DNA from: Octopus sinensis
Lineage: Eukaryota
Assembly (NCBI RefSeq): GCF_006345805.1
Contig: NC_043013.1
Span: 29,264,001 to 29,328,000 of the forward strand
DNA length: 64,000 nt
Direction of reading: 5' to 3'
Shown one piece after another: positions 27,365 to 41,223 of the stretch (its first letter is position 1; each line of letters begins with the position of its first letter). Both the position numbers and the translations under genes were made by a program. The notes beneath the pieces are model-generated. The model saw only the letters and a program-made list of their open reading frames with translations. It did no database searches and was not told where the DNA came from.

Positions 27365-28253
27365 TATGTACGTATGTATTTATCTATCTATATATATACA
27401 CATACATTTATATATATATATATATATTATATATATATATATATTATATATATATATTTATATTTATACACACATTTATATATTCACATATACGTGTAGA
27501 TATGTATGAGCGTATATGTATATATTTATGCCTATAATTGTGTATACATATATATATACATATATATGTATGTGTATATGTGTAGTGCGTATTTGTGTGT
27601 GTGTGTTTGGGACTTGTTACTTTCACTTCCCCATGCAATGTTTATAATTTTCTAGGTTAATGTCTCATCTTGTCCTTAGCTAGAAGAATCGCTAGAGTGT
27701 CTGAAGCTCTTTACATTCCGTGTTCGGTTCCAGCTGACCCCAACTTTTTTCTGTTTATTTATTTTTTTTTGAAGGCGGGAACACCGATATAATAAGTTCC
27801 AGTTAAGCTGTGAGGCGAATGTGATCGGCCAGGACTCTCCTTGAAAATTTTTTGACGTTGTGCCTGAAGTAGAAAATATTAATAAAACTAACTTCAAATT
27901 TTGGCACCAGGCCAGCAATTTCGAGGGAGGGTGCCAGTCGATTACATCGACCCCAATACTCAACTGGTAATAATTTTATCGACCTAGAAAGGATGATAGG
28001 CAAAGCTCACCTGGGCGTAAGTTGAACCCAGAGCATACAGATAGACGAAATACTGCAAAGCATTTTTGTCCTGGGTGCTAACGACTCTGCCAGCTCGCCG
28101 CCGTGAAAGAATTTATTATATGGTTCGTCTTTTTGGTATGTTCAAGCATCACTGGTGACACCTACGATGAAATTTCAATTCTATTTCCACCAAATTTTTA
28201 CAGAATGGAATTTTCTTTCTTTCTTTCTTTCTTTCGTTCTTTCTTTCTTTCTT

Positions 28254-28290
<37 letters not shown>

Positions 28291-28948
28291 TCTCTCTCTT
28301 CCTAACAGAAGACTAGGAAAAGTAGTTTAGCGGCGAAAGGTGCTAAAGCTTTTGAGTTTAGCACCTTTACTGCTACGCAAAAGAGGTTTCCAGAACTGTT
28401 AGAAATATTCTAGAAATCAGGAAAACAAACAAAAGAAACAAAACAAAACCCGATTAAAAAGACATAACAAAAAAAAACCCAGAAAATAATTCTGTCTTCG
28501 TTCTAATTTTAGTACAGAGCCAGCCATTTTTGAGGGGATGGGGAAATCGATTACATCGACTCAAGTGTTCAACTTGAGCTTATTTTATTTTACGGACCCC
28601 GAAAGAACGAAAATGCAAATGTCACCTCGTCGGAATTTGAACTCGGACCGTAAAGAGTCACAAAAGAAACGCTGATAAGCAGTAAAAAAACAACAACAAA
28701 AAAACGCATACGTTGTCATAAATACTGTCAGCAATAAACAGGAAAATACACGCAACAATAATGATAAGACTCCTAACATTATTGTAAACAAATAAATACA
28801 TTTGTAAACACAGGCTTTGACGATTGTCCACATTTGTACAACAGACATAATAACAACTTTGCTGTTTCATATAAATATGAGAATTAAGTCCGAGTCAGCT
28901 TGGGGGTGGCGATGGGGAAACAAGGTAGATTATTTACCTTTGCTTGTA

Positions 28949-29453
28949 TCTTTTACTCGTTTCAGTCATTGGACTGCGGCCTTGTTGGGGCACCACCTTG
29001 AAGGATTTAGTCGGAGAATTCGGCCCCGACTTGCTTCCTTAACGTCTGGTACTTACTCTATCATTTTTGTTTTTGTTGTGTTGAACCGCTAAGTTTCACA
29101 GTTCCACGCATGTAAATAAACAAGCCAACATCGGTCGTCATGCGATGTCTGGGGAACAAAAACAAAGACATCTACACACATGTATACATTTACACACACA
29201 CACACACACACACACAACTACACTCTCTCTCATACACACACACAACTACACACACACACGCACAACTACACACACACATATAGATATATATGACGGGTTT
29301 CCACACAATTTTCGTATTCTCAAATTATTCACTCATTGATTAGCTCGGGGCTAATTAACCCAGAAGATACAGAAGTTGCTGCAAAGTGAGATTGAACTCA
29401 AAATCAGGTGTTTGCAATAGGAGCTAATTTACCCACAAGGTCCTGCCTGCGCC
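28949..29453 (-). mobile_element. SINE family A (old, diverged)
   Basis: TTTCAGTCATTGGACTGCGGCC tail and CCTGCGCC head end in reverse orientation. Confidence 0.7.
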
Positions 29454-29654
29454 AATGTCACGAATAACTAAGGCGGCGAGCTAGCAGAAACGTTAGCACG
29501 CCGGGTGAAGTTCTTAGCTATATTTCGTCTGTCTTTACGTTCTGAGTTCAAATTCCGCTGAGGTCGACTTTGCCTGTCATCTTTTCAGGGTTGATAAATT
29601 AAATACCAGTTGCGTACTGGGGTCGATCTAATCGACTGGCTCTCTCCCTCAAAA

Positions 29655-30250
29655 GGAAGTGCAAGAAAGTTGATATGTCCTGCCTTTTGACAAACTGACG
29701 TACTTTCAACAGGCTGTTAAAGGAAAAGTTAAAGGAAACCTTGTCTTATGTGTGAACAGCTGTGATTTCCAGCGACCGGCTCAGAGCTAGATATAAGGAC
29801 CTTTACAGTTAAAAGGACCTATGACCTTTACAGTTCCTCCGAAACCGAGCAGAGGGACATGAACAGAAGGAAAATTCTAGAGAGCATAATAGTTAGTGCG
29901 AGGAAGCTGGATGCGATCAAATGTGATGCGAGGTAGAAAAAGAATTAGTCGCGGTAAGGGAGGGGGCGACTAGAGGACACACAAGGCGATACAGTTCTGA
30001 AAAACAGAGGACATTATAGTAGCGACAGGGAAGATAGAGAGGAGACAGTGTGCTTACAAGGGTGAGGCTGGCGCGTGTCCGCGAGTGACTGAATTATATT
30101 CAATCGACTGGTCACCCTTTCTGGATGAGATTCAGGATCTCTGTGCATAGCAGCAGCTCCGTTCTCAAATATAGGACCAGTGCTCTGTTAAAGACTTCAC
30201 TTAAGTCCAGTACTTGTCGGCAGCTGGTGGAAGGCGAAATATTTTCTGGA
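29655..30250 (-). mobile_element. Highly decayed CR1-group LINE 3' fragment
   Basis: Minus-strand remnants GAAAMH and VSSL...RYYNVLCFSEL resemble the CR1-group motif VxSLxLFYRYYxGxCSxEL. Confidence 0.45.
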
Positions 30251-30802
30251 ATTGCATGCATGATCTTCAGAAAAAGCGGTTAAAGAAGGTGCATTGCATA
30301 GTTGTCCATAAACTAGTGCTATGATATTTGAAGTAATGTAAAATGATGTTCACAGTTAAGAACATCGTTGGTGATGTTGCCTCCTTCTTAGGGCTGTACG
30401 GTGAACAGGTCGTGAGCACCAACATAACATGGAATGACAAATGATTGGCAAGGGGATACGTGAATATACAGGTTCTGGAGATCTCCGAAGAGCACAAAGC
30501 AATCTTGGGAGTGCATCCCATTCTGAGTGCTGATTAAAGGCGGATAGGTTTTAGAGTTGCTTTCCAGAATACGTTTTTCTGCGGCCGCCGACTTGCAACG
30601 GTTCAAAGAGAACGTTAATCGTGTCTGTCCGGGCCAACGGTAACAAGAATACAGGAGAATACATTCAACATAATCGGTTCCAGAGTCGTAACTGACAGTG
30701 CTCAAATTCACAGTCTCAGAAGAAGAAGAAGAAGAAGAAGAAGAAGAAGAAGAAGAAGAAGAAGAAGAAGAAGAAGAGAAGAAGAAGAAGAAGAAGAAGA
30801 AG

Positions 30803-30838
<36 letters not shown>

Positions 30839-30841
<3 letters not shown>

Positions 30842-31080
30842 TTTGGCACAAGGCCATCACATTTGGGTTGGGGGAGAGTTAAGTTGATTACATCGACCCC
30901 ATTGATCGACTGGTACTTATTTTATTGACCCCGAAATGATGAAAGGCAAAGTCGACCTCGGAATTTGAACTCAGAACGTTAAGAGGGACGAAATGACGCT
31001 ATAAGCATTTTGTCCAGCGCAGTGACAATTTTGCCAGCTTCTTGCCTTCAGTATGATGATGGTGATGATGATGATGTTGA

Positions 31081-31136
<56 letters not shown>

Positions 31137-31187
31137 ATGGTAATAATAATAATAATAACAACAATAATAATAATAATAATGATGATA

Positions 31188-31234
<47 letters not shown>

Positions 31235-31393
31235 ATCATTGCCAAGTGGTTTTGTCGCTTATCGGAAAGCTGAGGGGCAACATCATTCTTGGCGGGAGAT
31301 TTAAAATCAGATTTAAAATGTGAACATCAGGGGAAGTAACTAAATATCAAATGGCATTAATTCCGACACTTAAAAGCTTCTCCTATCGACCAC

Positions 31394-31475
<82 letters not shown>

Positions 31476-33647
31476 CTGATGATGATGATGATTGCGATAA
31501 TTTAGTCTCAAGACCAGCAATTTTTTTAATGGGGGGGAGTGTTGGTTGGTTGATACTAGTGACTCAAGTACTTGACTAGTACTTTATTTTGTTGATATCG
31601 AAAAGAAAAATTGACTCTAAGGCGACTTGAACGCAAAGTGTAAAGAAAAGGGAAGAAATGTGCAAATCGTTTTTTTCGGATGCCCTAACGATTCTGCCAG
31701 CTCTACATCTTTGTTCAGTATTTAGTCGCAAGGCCCGCAACTTTGGGAGTTGGACGTTGGTCGATTCATTCGAACCGAATAACTGATTGGCACTTTATAT
31801 CCTAGATACCGATAAGATAAAAATTCAAGTTGACTGCGACAGGGTTTGAAACCTGGACGTGAAGAGTCGGAAGAAATGCTGCAAGCATTTTCCTGGTAAT
31901 CTAACGATCCTCGTAATATAACGATTCGGCTGAGTGAAGTATGAGGGGTCATTACAACGATAAATTATAAAATGGGTGATTTATGAGAATGGAGTATGAA
32001 AAACAAAACCGGCAAGTAAAACATGTGTGCAAAAAATGCAGGGGAAAAATGACACCAGACGCCCCATTATTTAGGGGCGCAGCCATCAAGGTCCATTTAA
32101 AGAAGCTGTAAAGATCCGAGATTAACCAGACTATCAAGGGCCAGTATTCTCCTTCATTTGTGTTCCCAGAACTATACACACCCGCTGACAGTAGACCCAT
32201 CCTCGAGGATCACTGTCGCCACTTTCGCCACTTTCGTCAACCTTTCAGTGAATTTTCTAAAGGATAGTAACTCTCTTCCTTTCGAAGTTGAAATTTGAGG
32301 AAGATGGTGAAGGGCTGAGTAAAGCATCTGTCCTCAATCCTTTTAACCTTCTCTACAATCGTACAATCTCTTTCCTTATGGTCAACAGATAGAGAATATT
32401 GCCAACCTTTCCCAATTAAAAAAACAGGTGGCAGAATGATCCATACTATGAACTTGGTTGTTAGTGGGACCCAACAGGTGAACAGCAATAGCTGTTTCAT
32501 ACACCTTTACATATTTTGAATGAAATAATTGACCTCCAGTACTCAAATGATACTGGACGAAATTTGAAAGTAGAACGTAGAGGGAAGGAACGAAATACCG
32601 CAAGGTATTTTGTCAATCGTACAAGTGACTGACTGTGACATCCTATTTATAAATAATTATTTCTAGTTCACAAAGAAGCTCAGCAATTTTTGAAGGGAGC
32701 GGGGTTACTCGATGATAACAATTCACAATTACATTTGATTGCTACTTTATTTCATCGACAATGGAAGGATGAAAACAGAGATGACTCAGGTCGGATTTGA
32801 ACTCAGAAGTAAAATACAGCTCTAACGATTCCGCCAATCTCCGCTTTTACAAAGAATAGTATCAATTCTAATAAAAACAGTTAGCATACTAAAATTTAGT
32901 GCTGCACCCACCTGACGAATGTGAAGGGGTATCTGGTGGTGCAGGATAAGCAGGCGGCGAACACTGTTAAAGCAACAAAATAACAACAACAACAACCCTT
33001 TCTGCTATAGGTACAAAGCCTGGAATTTTTGAGGAAGGGGCTAGACAATGTAATCGACCCCTGTACTCAACTGGTACTTATTTTATCAACCCCGAAAGGA
33101 TAAAAGGCAAAGTCGACCTCGGTGGAATTTGAACTCAGAACGTTAGGACTAACGAAATGCCGATAAGCATTTCGCCCAGCGTGCTAACGTTTCTGCCAAC
33201 TTTCCGCTTTAACAACAACAACAACAACAATAGGGATTTCAAATTTTGGCACAAGACCGATAATTTCAGGGGAGTGCGTAAGTCGATTACATCGACTCCA
33301 GTATTCAAATGGTATTTACTTTATCAACCCCAAAAGGATGAAAAGCAAAGTCGAGCACGGTGGAATTTGAACTCAGAGGGACGAAATGCCGCTAAGCATT
33401 TTGCTCGGCGTGCCCACGATTCTGCCAGTTCACCGCCTTAACACTAATAACGATTATTATTATAATAATCCCTTCAGCTTTGGGTCGAAGGCCTGAAAAT
33501 TTCGTGCAGGAGGCCAGTCAGTTACATCGACCTGGGTGTTTGACTGGTACTTAATTTATCGACCCCCGAAAGGATGAAAGGCAAAGTCGGTTCAGCGGAA
33601 TTTGAACTTAGAACGTCAAGAGCCGGACGAAATGACACTTAACATTT
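30839..33647 (-). mobile_element. Array of about 8 same-orientation SINE family B copies separated by AAT/AAC tracts or other remnants
   Basis: Copies at ~30839-31047, 31500-31705, 31720-31930, 32505-32620, 32660-32845, 32996-33208, 33235-33438 and 33470-33647, all on the minus strand. Confidence 0.8.
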
Positions 33648-34049
33648 TATAATAATAATAATAATAATCCTTTATTATTGACACGAATGCGACAGATGAG
33701 GGTGAGGAGATAGCAATCAGAATTTTCTACGGTGGTTAGAGAAACAAGCATGAGAAAAAAACAGGCATGAAAAATAACATAAACAAAAGGCGGAAAAGAA
33801 ATACAAAAAAATAAGTGAAAGAAAAAATAGAAAGAGAGCAGAAGAGTAACAACAACATCAAGCAACTTCAAAAATGATGATGATGATGATGATAATGAAA
33901 ACGGCGACGACGACGACGATGATGATGATGATGATGATGCTGATGATGATGCTGATGAAAGTGATATTGGTGATGAGGAGGTAGAGAAGAGGTGGACAAC
34001 TGAAAGTGACAGCGACACGGCAAGAGCTGATGATGATGATTATAACAGC

Positions 34050-34101
<52 letters not shown>

Positions 34102-34229
34102 CCGACAACGACGATGACGACGACGATGATGATGATGATGATAGTGTCGCTAGCGATGACTACGGAGATGAGGAAGATGATGTTGATGACGACCGTGACA
34201 GCGACGACAATGACAATAACAACAACAAC

Positions 34230-34284
<55 letters not shown>

Positions 34285-34586
34285 GTGACTGATGATGGTG
34301 ATGCTGGTGGTGATGCTGGTGATATGATGATGATGACGATGACGACGAGGAGAAAAGTATTGCAAATGACAATCCTGTTGCTAATGAGGATGATGATGCT
34401 CATGACAATGATGGCGGAGTCGGCGGCGTTGCTGCCGTGTTGCTGCTGACGATCATAAACTTGATGACAACGATGATGATGATGATGACGGTGATGATGA
34501 TAACAGAGATGCCGGTGATAAAGTTGAGACAACAATGCTGCTGCTGCTGACGAGTGTTAACATTATCGATCAGTGTATATACATAC

Positions 34587-34708
<122 letters not shown>

Positions 34709-34789
34709 CTGTATGTATACATATTTGTGTATATATATATATATATATATATAGATATATAATATATATATATATGTATATACGTATAT

Positions 34790-34823
<34 letters not shown>

Positions 34824-34826
34824 ATA

Positions 34827-34902
<76 letters not shown>

Positions 34903-34937
34903 GTACATGTATATATATATTATTATATATGTATATA

Positions 34938-34990
<53 letters not shown>

Positions 34991-35216
34991 TATATATATA
35001 TACATATACATACATATATATACATAATATATATATATATATCTATATATATATATAATATATATATATTATATATACATATATATATATTATATACTTA
35101 CAGACAAACAAACACAGGCCGATATAAATAAATATATATATGTATATACATACATATAAATACATATATGTAATGTATGTTTATGTGTATATGTATATGA
35201 AATTGCATTTCCTTAC

Positions 35217-35357
35217 CTCTTGTCGTTAAATGCAAGTGCTTTTCTCGGTGAGACGTTTTCTTTGATTGTGATGAAGACGGATTGGTCTCGCTAGTTTTAT
35301 AGAGACCGAGCCGGCGTTTTTTTCTTCCCTCTCTCTCTCTCTTTGTAGGTGCATTGG
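35217..35357 (-). promoter_or_regulatory. Candidate Pol II promoter plus non-coding first exon
   Basis: Minus strand: CCAAT 35357-35353, TATAAAA 35301-35295, Inr-like TTCATC with the A at 35272, a 56-nt ATG-free exon, then donor AAGAG|GTAAGG (GT at 35216-35215). Confidence 0.55.
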
Positions 35358-35407
35358 TGAACGGCCTTTACCTCTACGTTCCATTTGAGAATGAAAGACT
35401 AAGAGAA

Positions 35408-35440
<33 letters not shown>

Positions 35441-35600
35441 AGGAGCGAAAATGAAAGAGAGGAGAAAGAAAAAAAGAAAGAAAAAATCTATGGAGAGAGA
35501 AAGAGAAACGAGAAAAGGAGAAGTAGATGATAGAGAAAAAGAGAGGAAGGGTGATAGTGAAAGAGTAAGAATCACTAATACATACATACTTACATACAAG

Positions 35601-35654
<54 letters not shown>

Positions 35655-36078
35655 CGCACACACATGCACATTCGGACGTACACATACATGGACGTATACT
35701 TACACATACACACACCACCACCCTCTTTTGTTTTAAATATATATATATATACACACACATGTACATATATGTATCATGTACACAAACACACGCATATACA
35801 TACACAAACAGACAGACACACACACGCACACACACTAGCTCACACACACACACACACACTAGCTCACACACACACACACACACACACGACAAGTCAATGA
35901 GCTAACACCGTTGGCACACATTGATACGAAATGTGGGTGTGAAGCACTTTATCCAATTGGGACAAGTTAGCTTTTTACACACTCATGCACATACACAGAG
36001 CAACACTCACACAAGCACAGACGCACATAAACACATACACACATACATACATACACAGATGCTCACGCACACACACAC

Positions 36079-36125
<47 letters not shown>

Positions 36126-36394
36126 CACACACATACACACACCTACATACATATACATATATTTATAGATAATCTCCTACACACGCACACACATACAAAT
36201 ATATATTATGTAATACATGGAATATTACATGTACAAATGCATGTCTTTCGTTGTATTGTTTTTCTTTATAGTTTTTTTTTCCTTATATGTTTTTTTTTTT
36301 TGTTTTCTTCCTAGTTTCCTTTGTAAATTGTGATACATTATTTAATTTACGTTTACTACACGCCTGAGACATACACATATTCGTAGGAATCAAT

Positions 36395-36429
<35 letters not shown>

Positions 36430-36462
36430 CGTACACACACAGTCACACACTCACACCCTTAC

Positions 36463-36495
<33 letters not shown>

Positions 36496-37008
36496 TTCAC
36501 ACATACGCGTACACATACGTATTTCTCTATGCTTACACACGCACACATGCACGTTGTATTTACGGATATTCATGCTTTCCATATTCCTATAGAAACCCAA
36601 ATAATTCTACATATATCCATATTTTGGAGAACATAGGTACGCATGTGTGTATGTATGTGTGTGTGTGTGTATGTATGCATTTATGTATGTCTGTATCAAT
36701 GTATATATTATGAAATCACAAACACATACACACACTTGCACAAACACGCACACCTACTTGCACACACACACACACACTCACATAGACGCACATATTTGTG
36801 TGTGTGTGCAATTCCAGAATATATCTATATCTATGTATATATTTGTACACACACACATGTATATATATATATATACATATATGCATATATACACTTATAT
36901 TTGTGTGGCATTGTGTGTATATGTGTTATTTCAGAAATATACATTAATATATGTATGTATGTATGCTTGAATGTATATATATATTATATATATATATATA
37001 TATATATC

Positions 37009-37040
<32 letters not shown>

Positions 37041-37065
37041 GGGTATGTAATAAATAATAATAAAT

Positions 37066-37295
37066 GAGCCCTTTTTAAATCCTATCCAGGCTCATGGGCC
37101 CAGTTTCCCGGTTTCTATGACGTATGTGTTCCCCAGCGGGACGGGACGCCAGTCCATCACAGCGTTACTCATTTTTGCCAGCTGAGTGGACTGGAGCAAC
37201 GTCAGAAAACAAGTGTTTTACGCAAGCACACAACACGTCGAAACCACAACCTTACGATTATGGTGCTGACACCATAACCACTAAGCACGCGCCTC
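37066..37295 (-). mobile_element. SINE with family C head, tail type 3
   Basis: Shares the core GTTGCTCCAGTCCACTCAGCTGGCAAAAATGAGT with 7751-8078 but has an unrelated tail. Confidence 0.7.
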
Positions 37296-37306
37296 CTCTT
37301 AGATGC

Positions 37307-37388
<82 letters not shown>

Positions 37389-37462
37389 TATATATATATA
37401 ATATTATATATATATATATATATATGTATGTATATATGTATGTATGTATATATATATGTATG

Positions 37463-37500
<38 letters not shown>

Positions 37501-38066
37501 TATATTATTTATTTATACGTACATGTACATACACATATATATGTATATATTTATATATGTGTCTATGTATACACATATATATACATACATATATGTGTAT
37601 ATGAATATATATATATAAATGTATATACGTGTGTGTGTGCATGTGTTATGCATATCTACCTAACTATCAATATATATATATATATGTATAAAGATAGATA
37701 CACCAACTGCATGTACACTCATACGCACCTACACACACATACCCACGCACGTATATGAATGTATATAAATACGTCTGTATATATGCACGTGTGTATATAT
37801 GTTTGTACAAATGTATAAATGTAAATTTCATGAAATGATTTATGTTTTAAGTTGAAAAAACGCAGTAATCTAAACACACTTCTAATTTTTCTCACACGCA
37901 CACACTTGCGTAGACACATGCCCGGTTACACGCACAGAGGTATTGTATGTAAGTAAGAGTGTCTCCGTGTGAGTGCGTATGTGTGAGTGTAAATATACAT
38001 GGTCATATATATATATATGTATATATATACATACATATATCTTTGTATGTATCTATCTATTTATCG

Positions 38067-38104
<38 letters not shown>

Positions 38105-38170
38105 GTATATATATATAATATATATAATATATATATATTATATATATAATATATATAATATATTATATAT

Positions 38171-38340
38171 ATAAAGACAGATACACCAAATACATGTACA
38201 CATACGCATCTATAAACACACACACATATATCTTTGTATGTATCTATCTATCGATATAAAGACAGATACACCAAATACATGTACACATACGCATCTATAA
38301 ACACACACACATATATCTTTGTATGTATCTATCTATCGAT
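38171..38340. repeat. Perfect 85 bp tandem duplication
   Basis: 38171-38255 equals 38256-38340 (ATAAAGACAGATACACCAAA...CTATCTATCGAT). An inverted partial copy lies at 38617-38677. Confidence 0.9.
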
Positions 38341-38361
38341 ATATATACATATATATAATAT

Positions 38362-38487
<126 letters not shown>

Positions 38488-38490
38488 TAA

Positions 38491-38543
<53 letters not shown>

Positions 38544-38696
38544 GTATATATATATATATATAGATATATATATATATATAGTATATATATATATATACAT
38601 ATATATATGTATATATATCGATAGATAGAACATACAAAGATATATGTGTGTGTGTTTATAGATGCGTATGTGTACATATAATATATATATATATAA

Positions 38697-38858
38697 GGCG
38701 CAGGAGTGGCTGTGTGGTAAGTAACTTGCTTACCAACCACATGGTTCTGGGTTCAGTCCCACTGCGTGGCATCTTGGGCAAGTGTCTTCTACTATAGCCT
38801 CGGGCCGACCAAAGTCTTGTGAGTGGATTTGGTAGACGGAAACTGAAAGAAGCCCGTC

Positions 38859-38924
<66 letters not shown>

Positions 38925-39131
38925 ATATGTTTGTGTGTCTGTGTTTGTCCCCCAAGCATTGCTTGACAACTGATGCTGGTGTGTTTACGTCCCCGTCACT
39001 TAGCGGTTCGGCAAAAGAGACCGATAGTATAAGTACTGGGCTTACAAAGAATAAGTTCCGGGGTCGATTTGCTCGACTAAAGGCGGTGCTCCAGCATGGC
39101 CGCAGTCAAATGACTACTACAAGTAAAAGAG
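38697..39131 (+). mobile_element. SINE family A, full length, young
   Basis: Highly similar to 24272-24756 end to end. Confidence 0.95.
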
Positions 39132-39165
<34 letters not shown>

Positions 39166-40603
39166 CTATTTCACTAGGGCATAGCAATACTAAGAATGTA
39201 GTGTTAGAACTCACAATACGTATACTTCAGAAAAAGTGTTCGTGGTGTACAGAGCTTAAGAAACTACTATAAATATGACATCAGAACTAGAAATTATGTA
39301 ACGAAATTCACTAACTTACAGTTGTTTCTGTTTCTATCTGCTGTTCACTCATTGCTGAGAGCTTGTGTATCACGTTGTAGTTCGTCGGATCTTACACTTG
39401 TATGAATATATGTATGCCCATTTACTTTCATTGTTCACTTTTTGATTGATGTAAGCCAGTTGTTTGAATTTCCTTCTTAATTATTACGAATGCCAATTTT
39501 CCATATTGGCATATCTATTCTTCTGCTTTTTGTCCATTTTCCTGGTCGTGTGGATGTTCTGCGGTCAACACATCGTTGGGGTTGGGGGTCGTCGTCTGTT
39601 AAAAATAACAACTGCGTTTTCTCTCAGCTGGTATTTTTAACAGAGCTGCAGGCATGTCAAAAGCGAAAACCCTGATGTGGCCCCTCCCATCTGGAATTTT
39701 TCCATATTTTCATAATTTTCTACGAGTTAAGTAATGCAAAGACGGGTTTTGCTTTCTTCAGAGATTTAGCGAAGAACAAGAGCAATATTGTTCAGTCTCT
39801 GGATATCTATGGATACTGAATTAAATCTATTCCAAGGGATTTTCAGCTCATTAATTATGGACAACTTCTAGAAATCCATAGCTTGTGTTGCTGGTCTAAC
39901 ATGATGGAGGGACATTGTAATGAATCAGTTTTCAATATAGGCCCCGCAGACATGCAGGTACCGTCCGATAGAGTAGTTGGGAGTAAGAAAACTGCTTTGC
40001 GCGGACTCGTTTAATGTTTGAAAATTGCTGACATGTAAAATTTTGTCTGATAGCTGTTCTTACGATTAGAAAATATCTAGCTATCATTCGAATTCATTGC
40101 ATAGATTTCTTGGTTGCTTTTTCTTTTGGTGGGGGTGGGCTTGGCAGTTTTGTTTCTGTTTGATGGTTAAAGCGAAATAGGTTTTATGGTAGAAAAGATC
40201 GAATGGATTAAGAAGAGAAACTTTCGTTTTCGACCAAGATCCTTTCAACTTTACTGTCCCATTTGGGGAGGAGAGTGTGAGTGTGAATGTGTGTGGTGCT
40301 GTACTTCAGTAAACTGGCTGAAACATGGTTAAGAGTGGTTAAGAATATAGCTAAGGTGAATGAGTCCATTTTAATAATACTTATGTAGTCTGGAGAATAC
40401 AGTTGGTGCTCTCTGGTTCCTTTTAAGTCGCTTCGCAATACTGCCACATTTTCATGTTCTTTTTGTCTATAGCCTTCTCTCTCATATCTATTTTCCTCAA
40501 GCTCAAGATCCGTAACACGCCACTCTCTTTGAAATGCGTCCTTGTGATATGTTTTCATCTGTTACATATGTAGGAAATGAAGTTGTTGTAATTATTATTA
40601 TTA

Positions 40604-41135
40604 TTGAGTGAGAGGTCAGTGCATGCCATCAAAGTGACACTGGAGTACAAATAGACGAAGTCCAATATACCCAGCATAATTACCTGTCTGATGAAGGCAC
40701 ACCAGGCACATGCATTGCGACCATATGTGACATGGTGATCTCATTTCAAGATAAACAGCGCATGACCTTGCAGGTGGGACCAGTTAGAATTTTCTGCACG
40801 TTAAGTAGCCCATCTTACTTAAAAAGTCCCTGAATAGGGTTTGTTTAAGGTTGATCAATGAAACACCCATGTTTCCAGGCGTGAATTATTCAAATCTCAA
40901 GAGAATTCTTCTCAACACATGGGTATGTTGCTCCCCCACTACTTCTGTTCAGAGATGCACATGTCGTCAGCCACGAAGGGACATAGTCAAGTGGTTAAGG
41001 TCAAACAAGTGGTAAGCAAATCTGTGGTATTGAGCAGAATATTTGCTGTAGTCCATCTTTTATACAAAGACAAAGCAATGTACATGATAACACTTCCAAT
41101 CAGTTAAGATCAGAAGCCATGAGAGCCACTGCCTG
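40604..41135 (-). mobile_element. ~530 bp non-coding repeat embedded in (AAT)n (copy 1)
   Basis: Aligns end to end with 53009-53534. Both are flanked by ATT repeats. Strand is inferred from the tail ...CACTCAATAATAAT. Confidence 0.7.
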
Positions 41136-41153
41136 TATTATTATTATTATCCA

Positions 41154-41222
<69 letters not shown>

Positions 41223-41223
41223 C

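Noticed and set aside
31940-32500. Possible Tx1/L1-like 3' remnant on the minus strand
   Set aside because: Only faint similarity (KFQLRKEE...F.ERL..VA), too decayed to support.
30839-33647. Regularly recurring ~35 bp motif resembling a CRISPR repeat
   Set aside because: It is the conserved core of SINE B. The spacers are homologous to one another and there are no cas genes.
39300-40560. Unique-looking sequence with a 116-aa ORF (40208-40558)
   Set aside because: No recognisable motif or splice signals. Probably an old transposon relic.
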